Shown here: positions 8,523-16,868 of the stretch, one piece after another
How positions within the stretch are numbered: position 1 is the stretch's first letter
Layout of the letters: each line of letters begins with the position of its first letter
Assembly (NCBI GenBank): GCA_965230615.1
Contig: OZ246012.1
Location: forward strand, 3,877,511 to 3,901,510
Origin: Gammaproteobacteria bacterium
GTDB lineage: Bacteria > Pseudomonadota > Gammaproteobacteria > HTCC5015
Direction: 5' to 3'
Length of the DNA: 24,000 nt
Program-made: the position numbers and the translations under genes
The notes under the pieces: generated by a model
Told to the model about the DNA's origin: nothing
Seen by the model: only the letters and a program-made list of their open reading frames with translations
Databases searched by the model: none

Positions 8523-9407
8523 ATGCAATTAGTAACGACGACAGATGACGTGTTAGACACTACAGCAAATGATTCAACCACTACTTTAGGCGATAATCTT
8601 ATCGAGTCAGCTAAAGAGTTTGGCGAGACCGTGGGGGATATCACTTCACCCAATCCGCGTATGTCAATACGTGGGGCCGATGTATTTTATGGTGAGAAGC
8701 AAGCCATTATGGACGTGAGTCTTGATATTGGCTCAAATGAGGTTATTGCCATGATTGGCCCATCCGGCTGTGGTAAATCAACGTTTTTGCGCTGCCTTAA
8801 CCGTATGAACGATACCATTGAAGGTTGTCGAGTTACGGGTTCTATCACCCTTGATGGCCAGGATATTTACGACAAAAAGCTCGATGTCGTGCCGCTACGG
8901 GCGAGAGTAGGCATGGTTTTTCAAAAGCCTAACCCTTTTCCGAAATCAATCTTTGATAATGTTGCCTATGGCCCACGCATTCATGGGTTGTCAGCCAATA
9001 AAGCCGAACTTGAAGAGATTGTTACCACTAGCCTGGAAAGAGCGGGCTTATGGAATGAAGTGAAAGACCGCCTGGATGCACCAGGTACCAGTCTATCAGG
9101 CGGGCAGCAGCAGCGTTTATGCATCGCGCGGACGATTGCTGTGAGTCCTGAAGTTATTTTGATGGACGAGCCATGCTCTGCATTGGACCCCATCGCCACC
9201 GCTAAGATTGAAGAGCTGATTGCTGAGCTGCGTGAGAATTTTACTATCGCTATTGTGACGCACTCGATGCAGCAGGCTGCACGTGTTTCGCAGCGTACAG
9301 CTTATTTTCATTTAGGACATCTGATCGAGGTTGGGGATACCTCAGATGTGTTTACTAACCCAAGCCATAAACTAACTGAAGATTATATTACAGGCCGTTT
9401 TGGCTAA
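8523..9407 (+). CDS. pstB: Phosphate ABC transporter ATP-binding protein PstB
   Basis: Walker [10 protein letters not shown], signature [13 protein letters not shown], Walker [12 protein letters not shown], and H-loop [12 protein letters not shown] lies 9 nt upstream of ATG 8523. There is an N-terminal extension of about 35 aa relative to E. coli PstB. The alternative Met47 start at 8661 has no RBS. Confidence 0.93.
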   Translation: MQLVTTTDDVLDTTANDSTTTLGDNLIESAKEFGETVGDITSPNPRMSIRGADVFYGEKQAIMDVSLDIGSNEVIAMIGPSGCGKSTFLRCLNRMNDTIEGCRVTGSITLDGQDIYDKKLDVVPLRARVGMVFQKPNPFPKSIFDNVAYGPRIHGLSANKAELEEIVTTSLERAGLWNEVKDRLDAPGTSLSGGQQQRLCIARTIAVSPEVILMDEPCSALDPIATAKIEELIAELRENFTIAIVTHSMQQAARVSQRTAYFHLGHLIEVGDTSDVFTNPSHKLTEDYITGRFG

Positions 9408-9453
9408 ATGATGTTCGGCTGCTGAGGACAGCGGCTGATAAAGTGAGCCAGTT

Positions 9454-10167
9454 ATGAGCACATTAAACTTAGGCGGACACACCTCGCATTTGTTTGAGCA
9501 GGAGCTGGACGATATTCGGAATAAAGTTCTGGCAATGGGCGGGCTTGTTGAGAAGCAGGTTGCTGATGGGCTCAAAGCCCTGGTAGAAGCTGACGGAGCT
9601 TTAGGTGAAGTCGTTTCAACCTCTGACTACAAAATTAACACCTTAGAAGTCGAAATTGATGAGGCCTGCACTCGGATTATCGCCTTGCGTCAACCGACCG
9701 CATCTGATTTACGTATCGTTGTGACCATGATCAAAACTATCACTGACTTAGAGCGGATTGGTGATGAAGCAGAAAAGCTGGGACGTTTTGCAGTAGATTT
9801 GGCCACAGTTGACCGTGAGCCGGGTTATTTTACCAAGCTACGGCACTTAGGAGAGCATGTACGCAAAACATTACGAGGCAGCCTCGATGCCTTAGCGCGC
9901 TTAGATACTGCTGAGGCGATGCGGGTTGCTGCAGAGGATGATGCCGTCAATAATGAGTTTGAGGCGCTGATGCGCCAGCTCATTACCTTTATGATGGAAG
10001 ACCCCCGTTCGATAAAGCGCTCTTTGCAGGCTATGTGGTGCGCCCGCGCTCTAGAGCGTATTGGTGATCATGCGAAAAATATCTGCGAATATGTTGTCTA
10101 TATGGTTAAAGGCAAAGATATTCGACATATTGATATTCAAGAAGCAGAAGCAGCTGTTAACGAATAA
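9454..10167 (+). CDS. phoU: Phosphate signalling complex protein PhoU
   Basis: Two PhoU repeats, each with the E/D-x-x-x-D metal motif context ([11 protein letters not shown] and [11 protein letters not shown]). 237 aa, the last gene of the pst operon. Confidence 0.93.
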   Translation: MSTLNLGGHTSHLFEQELDDIRNKVLAMGGLVEKQVADGLKALVEADGALGEVVSTSDYKINTLEVEIDEACTRIIALRQPTASDLRIVVTMIKTITDLERIGDEAEKLGRFAVDLATVDREPGYFTKLRHLGEHVRKTLRGSLDALARLDTAEAMRVAAEDDAVNNEFEALMRQLITFMMEDPRSIKRSLQAMWCARALERIGDHAKNICEYVVYMVKGKDIRHIDIQEAEAAVNE

Positions 10168-10220
10168 GCGCTGCTTCTATTCCGACCAGTTCAGTTAATT
10201 ATCTATTATTTTTTTGCCGT

Positions 10221-10256
10221 AAAAAAACCTGCTGATAGTGGGAGCTACCAGCAGGG
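10221..10256 (-). terminator. Rho-independent terminator, minus-strand orientation, downstream of the LuxR-family gene
   Basis: On the minus strand: CCTGCTG - 14-nt loop - CAGCAGG followed by TTTTTTT (plus-strand A-run 10221-10227; stem arms 10228-10234 and 10249-10255). There is no T-run on the plus-strand side. Confidence 0.65.
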
Positions 10257-10444
10257 ATGCTCATGCCGTCTAAATAAACGCAATGTTTATTGATTGCACG
10301 CTAAAACTAATACCCCAATAACCTCCACCCATAACACCAAAGGTGTTGAGTGCATAAGATAAGCAGTGCTGAATTAAACCAAAAAAATAATATGAGTGGC
10401 TATCCCCAGAAATGAGGATAAAGCATGAAAATAGAGAAAGGCGG

Positions 10445-11266
10445 TTATAAATAAATCAAACGCATTGTCAGGGCTTTGGCGATTGCGTGTTGGCGTGTTC
10501 TCACGCCCAATTTTTGATAGATATGTTTGATATGGGTTAATACTGTGCTTTCAGCAATATTCAGAATTTCAGCAATTGCCCAAGACTCCTTGCCTTGTGC
10601 TGCCCAGCGTAGAACCTCCTGTTCACGTTGTGTCAATTTTATCGACCTGATGGGTTCGAACTCAGCTTCAGCAACACGATAAATCGCTTCATGAATATAA
10701 GCGCTAAGCAGATGTAAGTCGCCTAATTTAGGCAGGATTTCCTCTCGAGCCAGTGCTACTGCGTTATAAACACTAAAGCGAATACCGCCCATATCACCAT
10801 GTAAACCGCGACAGGGAATTTGTAATATTGTTTGTGCGCCAAATTCGCGTGCTGCCATCATCACTTTCTGTTCCATTTTATTCATATGACTATCAGTATC
10901 GCTATGCTGCCATATAACAGGTGTCATAGAATAAACACTATGTCGAACAAAGGGGTCTTGAAAAAGTAAACCGTGATTACGGTAATGGCGCACCCAGTCG
11001 GATTTGAAATCATATAAATGAAAGAATAAAGGCCTGCTATCGACTGTGGGTATCATCATGCCGATTCCGAAGAAGTTAAATCCGTAGTATGTTTGGATGC
11101 GCCGACATAATGCGTGTATACAGCTGAGGCTATTGGCCTTAGCCGCTTTATCGATAAAATCCTGTAGGGAAAAATTGTCACTGGTATAGGCTGAGTCATC
11201 ACCTTTAGATTCTGAGCCATACTCAATACTATGCATATTGTCTAAAAGTGCAGTAACAGGATTCAT
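10445..11266 (-). CDS. LuxR-family transcriptional regulator with N-terminal autoinducer (AHL)-binding domain; LuxR solo within this window
   Basis: C-terminal GerE/LuxR HTH (LTQREQEVLRWAAQGKESWAIAEILNIAESTVLTHIKHIYQKLGV). The N-terminal domain has W91-x3-Y95-x8-D104-P105-x13-W119, reproducing the spacing of TraR W57/Y61/D70/P71/W85, plus a Gly near the G113 position. Confidence 0.85.
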   Translation of the reverse strand: MNPVTALLDNMHSIEYGSESKGDDSAYTSDNFSLQDFIDKAAKANSLSCIHALCRRIQTYYGFNFFGIGMMIPTVDSRPLFFHLYDFKSDWVRHYRNHGLLFQDPFVRHSVYSMTPVIWQHSDTDSHMNKMEQKVMMAAREFGAQTILQIPCRGLHGDMGGIRFSVYNAVALAREEILPKLGDLHLLSAYIHEAIYRVAEAEFEPIRSIKLTQREQEVLRWAAQGKESWAIAEILNIAESTVLTHIKHIYQKLGVRTRQHAIAKALTMRLIYL

Positions 11267-11520
11267 TGGTTTATCCCATAAAGTGCAAACCCGATTGCTA
11301 TTGATTCATCAAGCTTATTGCCTTGTGTTTATACAAAAGACATATTGGTTTTTGAGGTGTTGCTGTTGATGTGTGTTATGCAAACAATGATATGACAGAT
11401 ACTATATAGGCTTTGTTCGGTATTTGCCAACTAATCTCGGCTAGATTAAATGTGTATTCGACATATGCTCTATAAAGCAAGTGCTGGAAAAGAGAATGCT
11501 TGTACTTAAAGCTGCGCTTA

Positions 11521-11550
11521 GTTGTACCGGGTTGTGCCGGGTTGTGCCGG
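11521..11550. repeat. Three tandem copies of a 10-bp unit GTTGT(A/G)CCGG
   Basis: Read directly: GTTGTACCGG GTTGTGCCGG GTTGTGCCGG. Located in the argF-luxR intergenic region, 57-86 nt downstream of the argF stop. Confidence 0.8.
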
Positions 11551-11606
11551 TATTAGAGTGCTTGTCGTATTTTTTTACAATGCTCGAATAAACGACTGAT
11601 TGGGGC

Positions 11607-12524
11607 TTAGTCTTGAGTGGTATTAAGCAATAAGTACTCAATCAGTGCTTTTTGCGCATGCAGTCTGTTTTCTGCTTCATCCCAGACAACACTTTGTGGC
11701 CCATCAATAACAGCAGCGCTCACTTCTTCTCCACGATGTGCTGGCAGGCAGTGCATGAATAGCGCATTAGGGTCAGCTTGTTGCATAAGTTTGTTATCAA
11801 CCTGGAAATTTGCGAATGCTGCTTCTCTATTCGCTTGTTCTGCTTCCATACCCATGCTGGCCCAAACATCTGTGACGATAAGGTCGGCGTTATGTGCTGC
11901 GGCATAAGGGTCTTGAGTGATATTAAGGTCTGCAGCTGCTTTGCTAATAACGTCACTGTTTGGTTCAAAGCCTTTAGGGCAGGCAATATTTAGTTTGAAG
12001 CCGAACTGTTTAGCTGCATTAATATAAGAGTTACATACATTATTACCATCACCAATCCAGGCAACAGTTTTGCCTTTAATATCACCGCGGTACTCAATAA
12101 AGGTTTGTATGTCAGCAAGAAGTTGGCATGGGTGGTATAAATCGGTGAGTCCATTGATAACGGGAATGTTGGCATGCTTAGCTAGCGTTTCAACTTTTTC
12201 CTGCTCAAATGTTCTAATCATAATGATGTCGACCATACTGCCCAATACTCTTGCAGTATCTTCAATAGGTTCGCCACGACCGATCTGGGTGTCTTGTGGT
12301 GATAGAAAAATAGCGTGGCCACCGAGCTGTACCATACCCGTTTCAAAAGATAGGCGCGTTCTTGTGGAGGCTTTTTCAAAGATCATTGCCATCACTTTAT
12401 TCGGTAATGGTGTGTGTGCTTGGTCATTTTTCTGCATTTGCTTGAGTTCGATGCCACGATGCACAATGCTGTGTAATGCTGAAGGACTCAAATCTAATAG
12501 TGATAGAAAATGTTGGGTGTTCAT
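11607..12524 (-). CDS. argF: Ornithine carbamoyltransferase (anabolic)
   Basis: Carbamoyl-phosphate motif STRTRLSFE, ornithine-binding motifs HPCQ and DVWASMG, and HCLPAHRGEE. Start placed at ATG 12524 (MNTQHFLSLLDL); the track start at 12539 is a TTG. It lies 31 nt downstream of the argD stop (12556) on the same strand. Confidence 0.93.
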   Translation of the reverse strand: MNTQHFLSLLDLSPSALHSIVHRGIELKQMQKNDQAHTPLPNKVMAMIFEKASTRTRLSFETGMVQLGGHAIFLSPQDTQIGRGEPIEDTARVLGSMVDIIMIRTFEQEKVETLAKHANIPVINGLTDLYHPCQLLADIQTFIEYRGDIKGKTVAWIGDGNNVCNSYINAAKQFGFKLNIACPKGFEPNSDVISKAAADLNITQDPYAAAHNADLIVTDVWASMGMEAEQANREAAFANFQVDNKLMQQADPNALFMHCLPAHRGEEVSAAVIDGPQSVVWDEAENRLHAQKALIEYLLLNTTQD

Positions 12525-12555
12525 AATGGGAACCTGCAATAGATGCTGAATAAGC

Positions 12556-13737
12556 TTATCGCTTATTCAAAAAATCTTTTATTAAAGTGCTAAGCTGAGA
12601 GACGGCTTGTTCTGCTTCGGCATTACTCAAGATATAAGGCGGTAATAAGCGAATAACTGAACCTGCAGTCACGTTTATTAATAAGCCTGATGCCAACGCT
12701 AAAGAAACAAGCTCAGTGCAGTTGTCTATAAGTTCAATGCCAATCAGTAAGCCTTTGCCACGAATGTCGACGATGCCTGGTAGCCCAGCTAATTGCTGTT
12801 TAAAGCCGTCCAGCATAATTTCATTGAGGACATTAACTCTGGCTAGTAGCTGTTCTTGTTCAATAGTTTGAATGACAGTCAGCGCAGCTCGGCTTGCTAA
12901 AGGGTTACCGCCGAAAGTTGTGCCATGGCTGCCGGGCTGTAGAATATCGGCCGCCAGCCCTTGTGCCAGACAGGCACCGATAGGTACGCCATTGCCCAAA
13001 GCTTTGGCGGCAGTGAGTACATCTGGCCGGGCATCTTCGTGTTGATAGGCAAACCATTTGCCACTACGGCCCATGCCTGATTGTATTTCGTCGAACATTA
13101 ACAAGTATTGATGTTGATCGCAGAGTTGGCGTAGTGCTGCCAAGTAGCCAGGGTCAGGAATATTAATGCCGCCTTCCCCCTGGATGGGTTCAACCAATAT
13201 GGCGACAATGTCCTGGCGCTGTGTTGCTAGGGTTTTGATGCTATCAATATCGTTATAAGGTACGCGAATAAAGCCTTCGACCAAAGGGCCAAAACCCTGT
13301 TGGGCTTTAACGTTGCCGGTTGCCGTTAAGGTTGCCAGTGTGCGGCCATGGAAGCTGTTTTCCATGACGATAATGTGTGGTGTTGCAATATCACGATGTT
13401 CGTGGCCGTAACGACGTGCGATTTTTATTGCTGCCTCATTTGCCTCTGCACCGGAGTTGCCAAAAAATACCCGCTGCATATTGGCAATCTTGCACAAAGT
13501 GCTTGCCAGTTCGGTTTGGCAGTCGATGTTATAAAGGTTGGAGGTATGTAGCAGCTTACTTGCCTGGTCGCTGATCGCGCTGCTGATGGCAGGATGTGCG
13601 TGGCCTAGCGCGCAGACGGCAATACCGCCCAGCGCATCCAAATAGCGGTTGCCAGCGGAGTCCCATAAATAAGCACCTTGACCATGTGTGAAACTCACAG
13701 GCAAGCGTGCATAAGTGTGCATTAGTTGATCGCTCAT
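12556..13737 (-). CDS. argD: Acetylornithine aminotransferase (class-III PLP aminotransferase)
   Basis: Class-III aminotransferase motifs: GNSGAEANEAAIKIAR, DEIQSGMGRSGKWFA, and the TAAKALGNG Lys site. AAGGG RBS. Adjacent upstream of argF. Confidence 0.9.
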   Translation of the reverse strand: MSDQLMHTYARLPVSFTHGQGAYLWDSAGNRYLDALGGIAVCALGHAHPAISSAISDQASKLLHTSNLYNIDCQTELASTLCKIANMQRVFFGNSGAEANEAAIKIARRYGHEHRDIATPHIIVMENSFHGRTLATLTATGNVKAQQGFGPLVEGFIRVPYNDIDSIKTLATQRQDIVAILVEPIQGEGGINIPDPGYLAALRQLCDQHQYLLMFDEIQSGMGRSGKWFAYQHEDARPDVLTAAKALGNGVPIGACLAQGLAADILQPGSHGTTFGGNPLASRAALTVIQTIEQEQLLARVNVLNEIMLDGFKQQLAGLPGIVDIRGKGLLIGIELIDNCTELVSLALASGLLINVTAGSVIRLLPPYILSNAEAEQAVSQLSTLIKDFLNKR

Positions 13738-13747
13738 CAGCCCTTAA

Positions 13748-13770
13748 CAAAAAAAGGCAGCTATGCTGCC
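13748..13770 (-). promoter_or_regulatory. Terminator-like hairpin plus U-run in the argD leader
   Basis: Minus strand: GGCAGC-AUA-GCUGCC followed by UUUUUUU, ending only about 10 nt before the argD ATG (the RBS AAGGG lies between them). Stem arms at 13756-13761 and 13765-13770; plus-strand A-run at 13748-13755. Confidence 0.4.
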
Positions 13771-13876
13771 TGAAACGATCAATTATAGCAGTGATTAGCG
13801 TGTGGGGGATAATGCCAATATGAATATCAGTATAAAAAAAGGCAATATTGTGGCGATTGGTGCTTATCTGATGCAT

Positions 13877-13905
13877 AAAAAACCCGGCAATATTGCCGGG
13901 TTTTT
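13877..13905 (-). terminator. Rho-independent terminator (symmetric A-run/T-run) after the membrane-protein gene
   Basis: AAAAAA-CCCGGCAATATTGCCGGG-TTTTT. The core is a perfect 18-bp palindrome (13883-13900), 31 nt downstream of the stop at 13936. Confidence 0.8.
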
Positions 13906-13935
13906 GCGATATCTGCCTATATAGCTTAGGGTAGC

Positions 13936-14433
13936 TTAGAATGGCAGGCTGTGCATTTGACCAACCATGCAGAGCAACATTGGAATAGACAGCATCGTGT
14001 TGGTACGCGAGGCCATCAAAGCAATTTTCTTGCTTTTGGCTTTTTCTTCGTCTGTGGCAGGCTTAATACCAAGAATTTTCTTCTGATTTGGCCAGATCAG
14101 ACCCCAGACATTGAATAGCATAATAGTGCCTAACCAAGCACCAATACCAATAATTTCTGCGCCGCTTTTAAGTAGAAAAGCATTCATAAATCCCCAGCCA
14201 CCAAATTCAAGTGCGGCAGCGCCGGTAATCCACGTTGCCAAAGCACCCCAGCGGAACCAAAAAAGTGCGCGCGGAGCAACATATTTATTGATAGCGGCCG
14301 GCCCTGGACCCTCGCTATCGGCAGTTGCTGCTGCAACAGCTGGCACTTGTACGAAGTTAAAGTAATACAGTAAGCCGATCCACATAACACCGGCAAGAAC
14401 ATGCAGCCATACAACTAATGACCAAAGATTCAT
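13936..14433 (-). CDS. Small inner-membrane protein (4 predicted TM) with an H-x6-W-x-G motif, CopD/PuuD-membrane-domain-like; function unknown
   Basis: Hydrophobic periodicity over 165 aa. The N-terminal LHVLAGVMWIGLLYYFNFVQ resembles, from memory, the first helix of PuuD-type urate hydroxylase and CopD-like proteins. A clean terminator follows the gene. Confidence 0.7.
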   Translation of the reverse strand: MNLWSLVVWLHVLAGVMWIGLLYYFNFVQVPAVAAATADSEGPGPAAINKYVAPRALFWFRWGALATWITGAAALEFGGWGFMNAFLLKSGAEIIGIGAWLGTIMLFNVWGLIWPNQKKILGIKPATDEEKAKSKKIALMASRTNTMLSIPMLLCMVGQMHSLPF

Positions 14434-14489
14434 AGAAAGTCCTCTGTCTTGAAATTAATACGGGATGATGAATGAGGTAAAGGTTAGCG

Positions 14490-14567
14490 TTATAGAATAA
14501 CCATAATAATAATGGCGATAATAAAACCGCAGACAACAGTACCCAGAATGGAATTGAGTGGATTCAT
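14490..14567 (-). CDS. Candidate 25-aa hydrophobic micro-protein
   Basis: Below the ORF-track size cutoff. ATG is preceded by AAGGTG at 7-nt spacing. Translation: MNPLNSILGTVVCGFIIAIIIMVIL*, a single TM helix. It ends 56 nt upstream of the membrane-protein gene on the same strand. There is no homology evidence. Confidence 0.35.
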   Translation of the reverse strand: MNPLNSILGTVVCGFIIAIIIMVIL

Positions 14568-14812
14568 CACATGCACCTTATGTAGAGTATGATTCGTAAT
14601 TTTAAATTAGGCGGTATGGTAGTAGTTCATCGGCTTTCTTTCAATGATTCCCCTCTTTTTAGGTGTTTTTTAAAAAGATTTGGCGGAGATTAGGACTTTT
14701 GGGAGAATAGGGGGACAAAATATTGCACCCGATTGTAGCGGATTGAATTGGATTGGAACTGGACAACACGCGCCTGATGTCTGAGACGAACATAAAGTAG
14801 GGCATAAAAACC

Positions 14813-16369
14813 ATGAATGCTATCGAACTGAGTATTTTTGCTGCGCGTATCGAGGCAATATGTGAGGAAATGGGCGCTCAGCTGCGTCGGGCAGCATTTT
14901 CCCCCAATATTAAAGATCGTTTGGACTTCTCTTGTGCCATTTTCGATGTTCAGGGGCAGCTATGTGCCCAGGCAGCGCATATTCCAGTGCATCTGGGCAG
15001 TATGGCTTATGCTATGCAGGATATCGTGCAACAGTTCGAGTGGGCTGATGGTGATACGATGATCCTCAATGACCCCTATAAAGGTGGTACGCACTTACCG
15101 GATGTAACCGTGATTACCCCCGCTTTTATAGAGGGACAGCTGGCAGGCTTCGTCGCTAATCGTGCGCATCATGCGGATATAGGCTCTGAGTCGCCAGGTT
15201 CAATGCCGATTTCCCAGCATTTATCAGAAGAAGGTCTGTTGTTACCCCCGACTTTCCTTTATAGGCAAGGACAGCGTGATGACAATGTCTGGCAGAGCCT
15301 GCTGACCAGTACCCGCAATGCGGCTGAGTCGGCGGGTGATTTTAATGCGCAAATCAGCGCAAACCGACGTGGCCTTACCCGTTTAATTGAGCTTATTGAG
15401 CCCATGGGCTTAGCGGCCTATCAGCAGGCTTTAGTGGGTATTAATGATTATGCCGAGCGCTTAGCCCTGGCGGCGTTGCAGAATATACCTGATGGGGAAT
15501 ATCAGTATATGGATTATATGGATGATGATGGTGTGGCGGCTCAGTCGATTGTCATCGCAGTGAGCATACAGGTACGCTCAGGCCGGGTGTTGGTGGACTT
15601 TGCCGGTACGGCGGCACAGGTGGCCGGTAATATCAATTGCCCGCTATCGGTGGCTGCGGCCGCGGTATTCTACGTGTTTCGCTGTCTCATGCCTGAGCAA
15701 ACGCCCGCCTGTGCCGGGGCATTTCGTTTGATTGAGTTACAGGCACCTTTAGGGTGTTTAGTGAATGCCAGGTCACCTGCGGCTGTGGCGGCAGGTAATG
15801 TGGAAACCAGTACCCGGATTGTGGATGTGGTCATTGGTGCATTGGTGTCTGCTTTACCGCAATTAATGCCAGCTGCTAGCCATGGCAGTATGAATAATGT
15901 GGCCTTAGGTAGCATCAAGGCGGATGAGGGAGCCACTGCCGGTTCAGCCTGGGATTATTATGAAACCATTGGCGGTGGGACGGGGGCAGGTATGCAGCAG
16001 CCGGGCATCAGCGCAGTACAAACGCATATGACCAATACACTCAATACGCCTATCGAAGTGCTGGAGAGCAAATACCCTATTCGCATCAGTCATTATGGCA
16101 TCCGTCGTGGTTCTGGTGGGGCGGGTGCACAAACGGGTGGGGATGGTATCATCCGTGAATATACATTCCTATCGCCAGCGGCGGGTACCTTGATCACAGA
16201 GCGTCGCCAGCTAGCGCCATGGGGGTTGGCAGGGGCGGCAGCAGGGCAGTCAGGGCGAAACTTGCTCAATGGTAAGGTGTTGCCCGCGAAAACTAGCTTT
16301 GAAGTGCAAGCAGGCGACAAATTGCGGGTAGAGACGCCAGGGGGGGGTGGCTATGGTCAGCCCGGTTAA
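14813..16369 (+). CDS. Hydantoinase B/oxoprolinase family protein (HyuB-like)
   Basis: N-terminus IFAARIEAICEEMGAQLRRAAFSPNIKDRLDFSCAIFD. Also HIPVHLGSM and NDPYKGGTHLPD, and the C-terminal ETPGGGGYG that is typical of Hydantoinase_B. Confidence 0.88.
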   Translation: MNAIELSIFAARIEAICEEMGAQLRRAAFSPNIKDRLDFSCAIFDVQGQLCAQAAHIPVHLGSMAYAMQDIVQQFEWADGDTMILNDPYKGGTHLPDVTVITPAFIEGQLAGFVANRAHHADIGSESPGSMPISQHLSEEGLLLPPTFLYRQGQRDDNVWQSLLTSTRNAAESAGDFNAQISANRRGLTRLIELIEPMGLAAYQQALVGINDYAERLALAALQNIPDGEYQYMDYMDDDGVAAQSIVIAVSIQVRSGRVLVDFAGTAAQVAGNINCPLSVAAAAVFYVFRCLMPEQTPACAGAFRLIELQAPLGCLVNARSPAAVAAGNVETSTRIVDVVIGALVSALPQLMPAASHGSMNNVALGSIKADEGATAGSAWDYYETIGGGTGAGMQQPGISAVQTHMTNTLNTPIEVLESKYPIRISHYGIRRGSGGAGAQTGGDGIIREYTFLSPAAGTLITERRQLAPWGLAGAAAGQSGRNLLNGKVLPAKTSFEVQAGDKLRVETPGGGGYGQPG

Positions 16370-16466
16370 GCTTGCTCTGAGTGCGCTGCGCTATTATCGT
16401 GACCTTGAACGGGGTAAAATAAGCCCCATAAAGAGAGAATCGTTAACGTATTAGAGGTAATTTTGA

Positions 16467-16790
16467 ATGGATGATGTTTTGGGCCAAATCAAAGAGCAGG
16501 TAGAAGGTAACTCGATTATCCTATATATGAAAGGTAGCCCGCAGTTTCCAATGTGTGGCTTTTCCGGCCGCACTGTTGAAGTGCTCAAGCAATGTGGTCA
16601 AGAATTTGCCTATGTAGATGTGTTGCAGAACCCTGAAATTAGGCAAAATATGGTGAAATTTTCAGATTGGCCAACATTCCCACAGCTGTTTATCGATGGT
16701 GAGTTAGTCGGTGGCTGTGATATTACGCTAGAGTTATTCGCCAATGGTGAGCTGCAAAAAATGACGGCGACAGCTGGCAAGCCTGCTTAA
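16467..16790 (+). CDS. grxD: Monothiol glutaredoxin, Grx4 family (CGFS type)
   Basis: Active site PMCGFS, WPTFPQLFI.GELVGGCDI, 107 aa. AGAGG RBS. Confidence 0.93.
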   Translation: MDDVLGQIKEQVEGNSIILYMKGSPQFPMCGFSGRTVEVLKQCGQEFAYVDVLQNPEIRQNMVKFSDWPTFPQLFIDGELVGGCDITLELFANGELQKMTATAGKPA

Positions 16791-16817
16791 TCAATTATTA
16801 TTGATGTATGTTTAAAG

Positions 16818-16857
16818 AAAGCCTGTATGCAAGAGACTTAAGTGTAGTGCAGGCTTT
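16818..16857. terminator. Possible bidirectional hairpin between convergent grxD and rnt
   Basis: AAAGCCTG (16818-16825) pairs with CAGGCTTT (16850-16857) across a long 24-nt loop. T-rich sequence flanks it on both strands. Weak. Confidence 0.4.
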
Positions 16858-16868
16858 GTGGCTGTATG

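Noticed and set aside
10168-10444. Short ORFs (11-22 codons) in the phoU-luxR convergent spacer
   Set aside because: None has an RBS. The region is explained by the terminator at 10221-10256 and 3' UTRs.
11617-12549. Several 61-159-aa ORFs on both strands overlapping argF (11617..11907+, 11778..11993+, 12070..12549+, 11720..11986-, 11990..12175-), and the 11441..11641 minus-strand ORF
   Set aside because: argF is unambiguous because of its catalytic motifs. The overlapping frames are Cys/Ser-rich nonsense typical of shadow ORFs. The 66-aa ORF overlaps the argF 3' end and has no RBS.
13790-13850. Possible ArgR (ARG box) operator upstream of argD (ACTGATATTCATATTGGCATTAT on the minus strand)
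   Set aside because: It contains an ATTCAT half-site, but aligned by eye it matches the TGAAT-N4-ATTCA consensus at fewer than half the positions.
13348-13876. ORFs 13348..13551+, 13377..13574+ and 13556..13876-
   Set aside because: The first two are antisense to argD. The third reads out of frame through the argD 5' end and the terminator region. None has coding-like composition.
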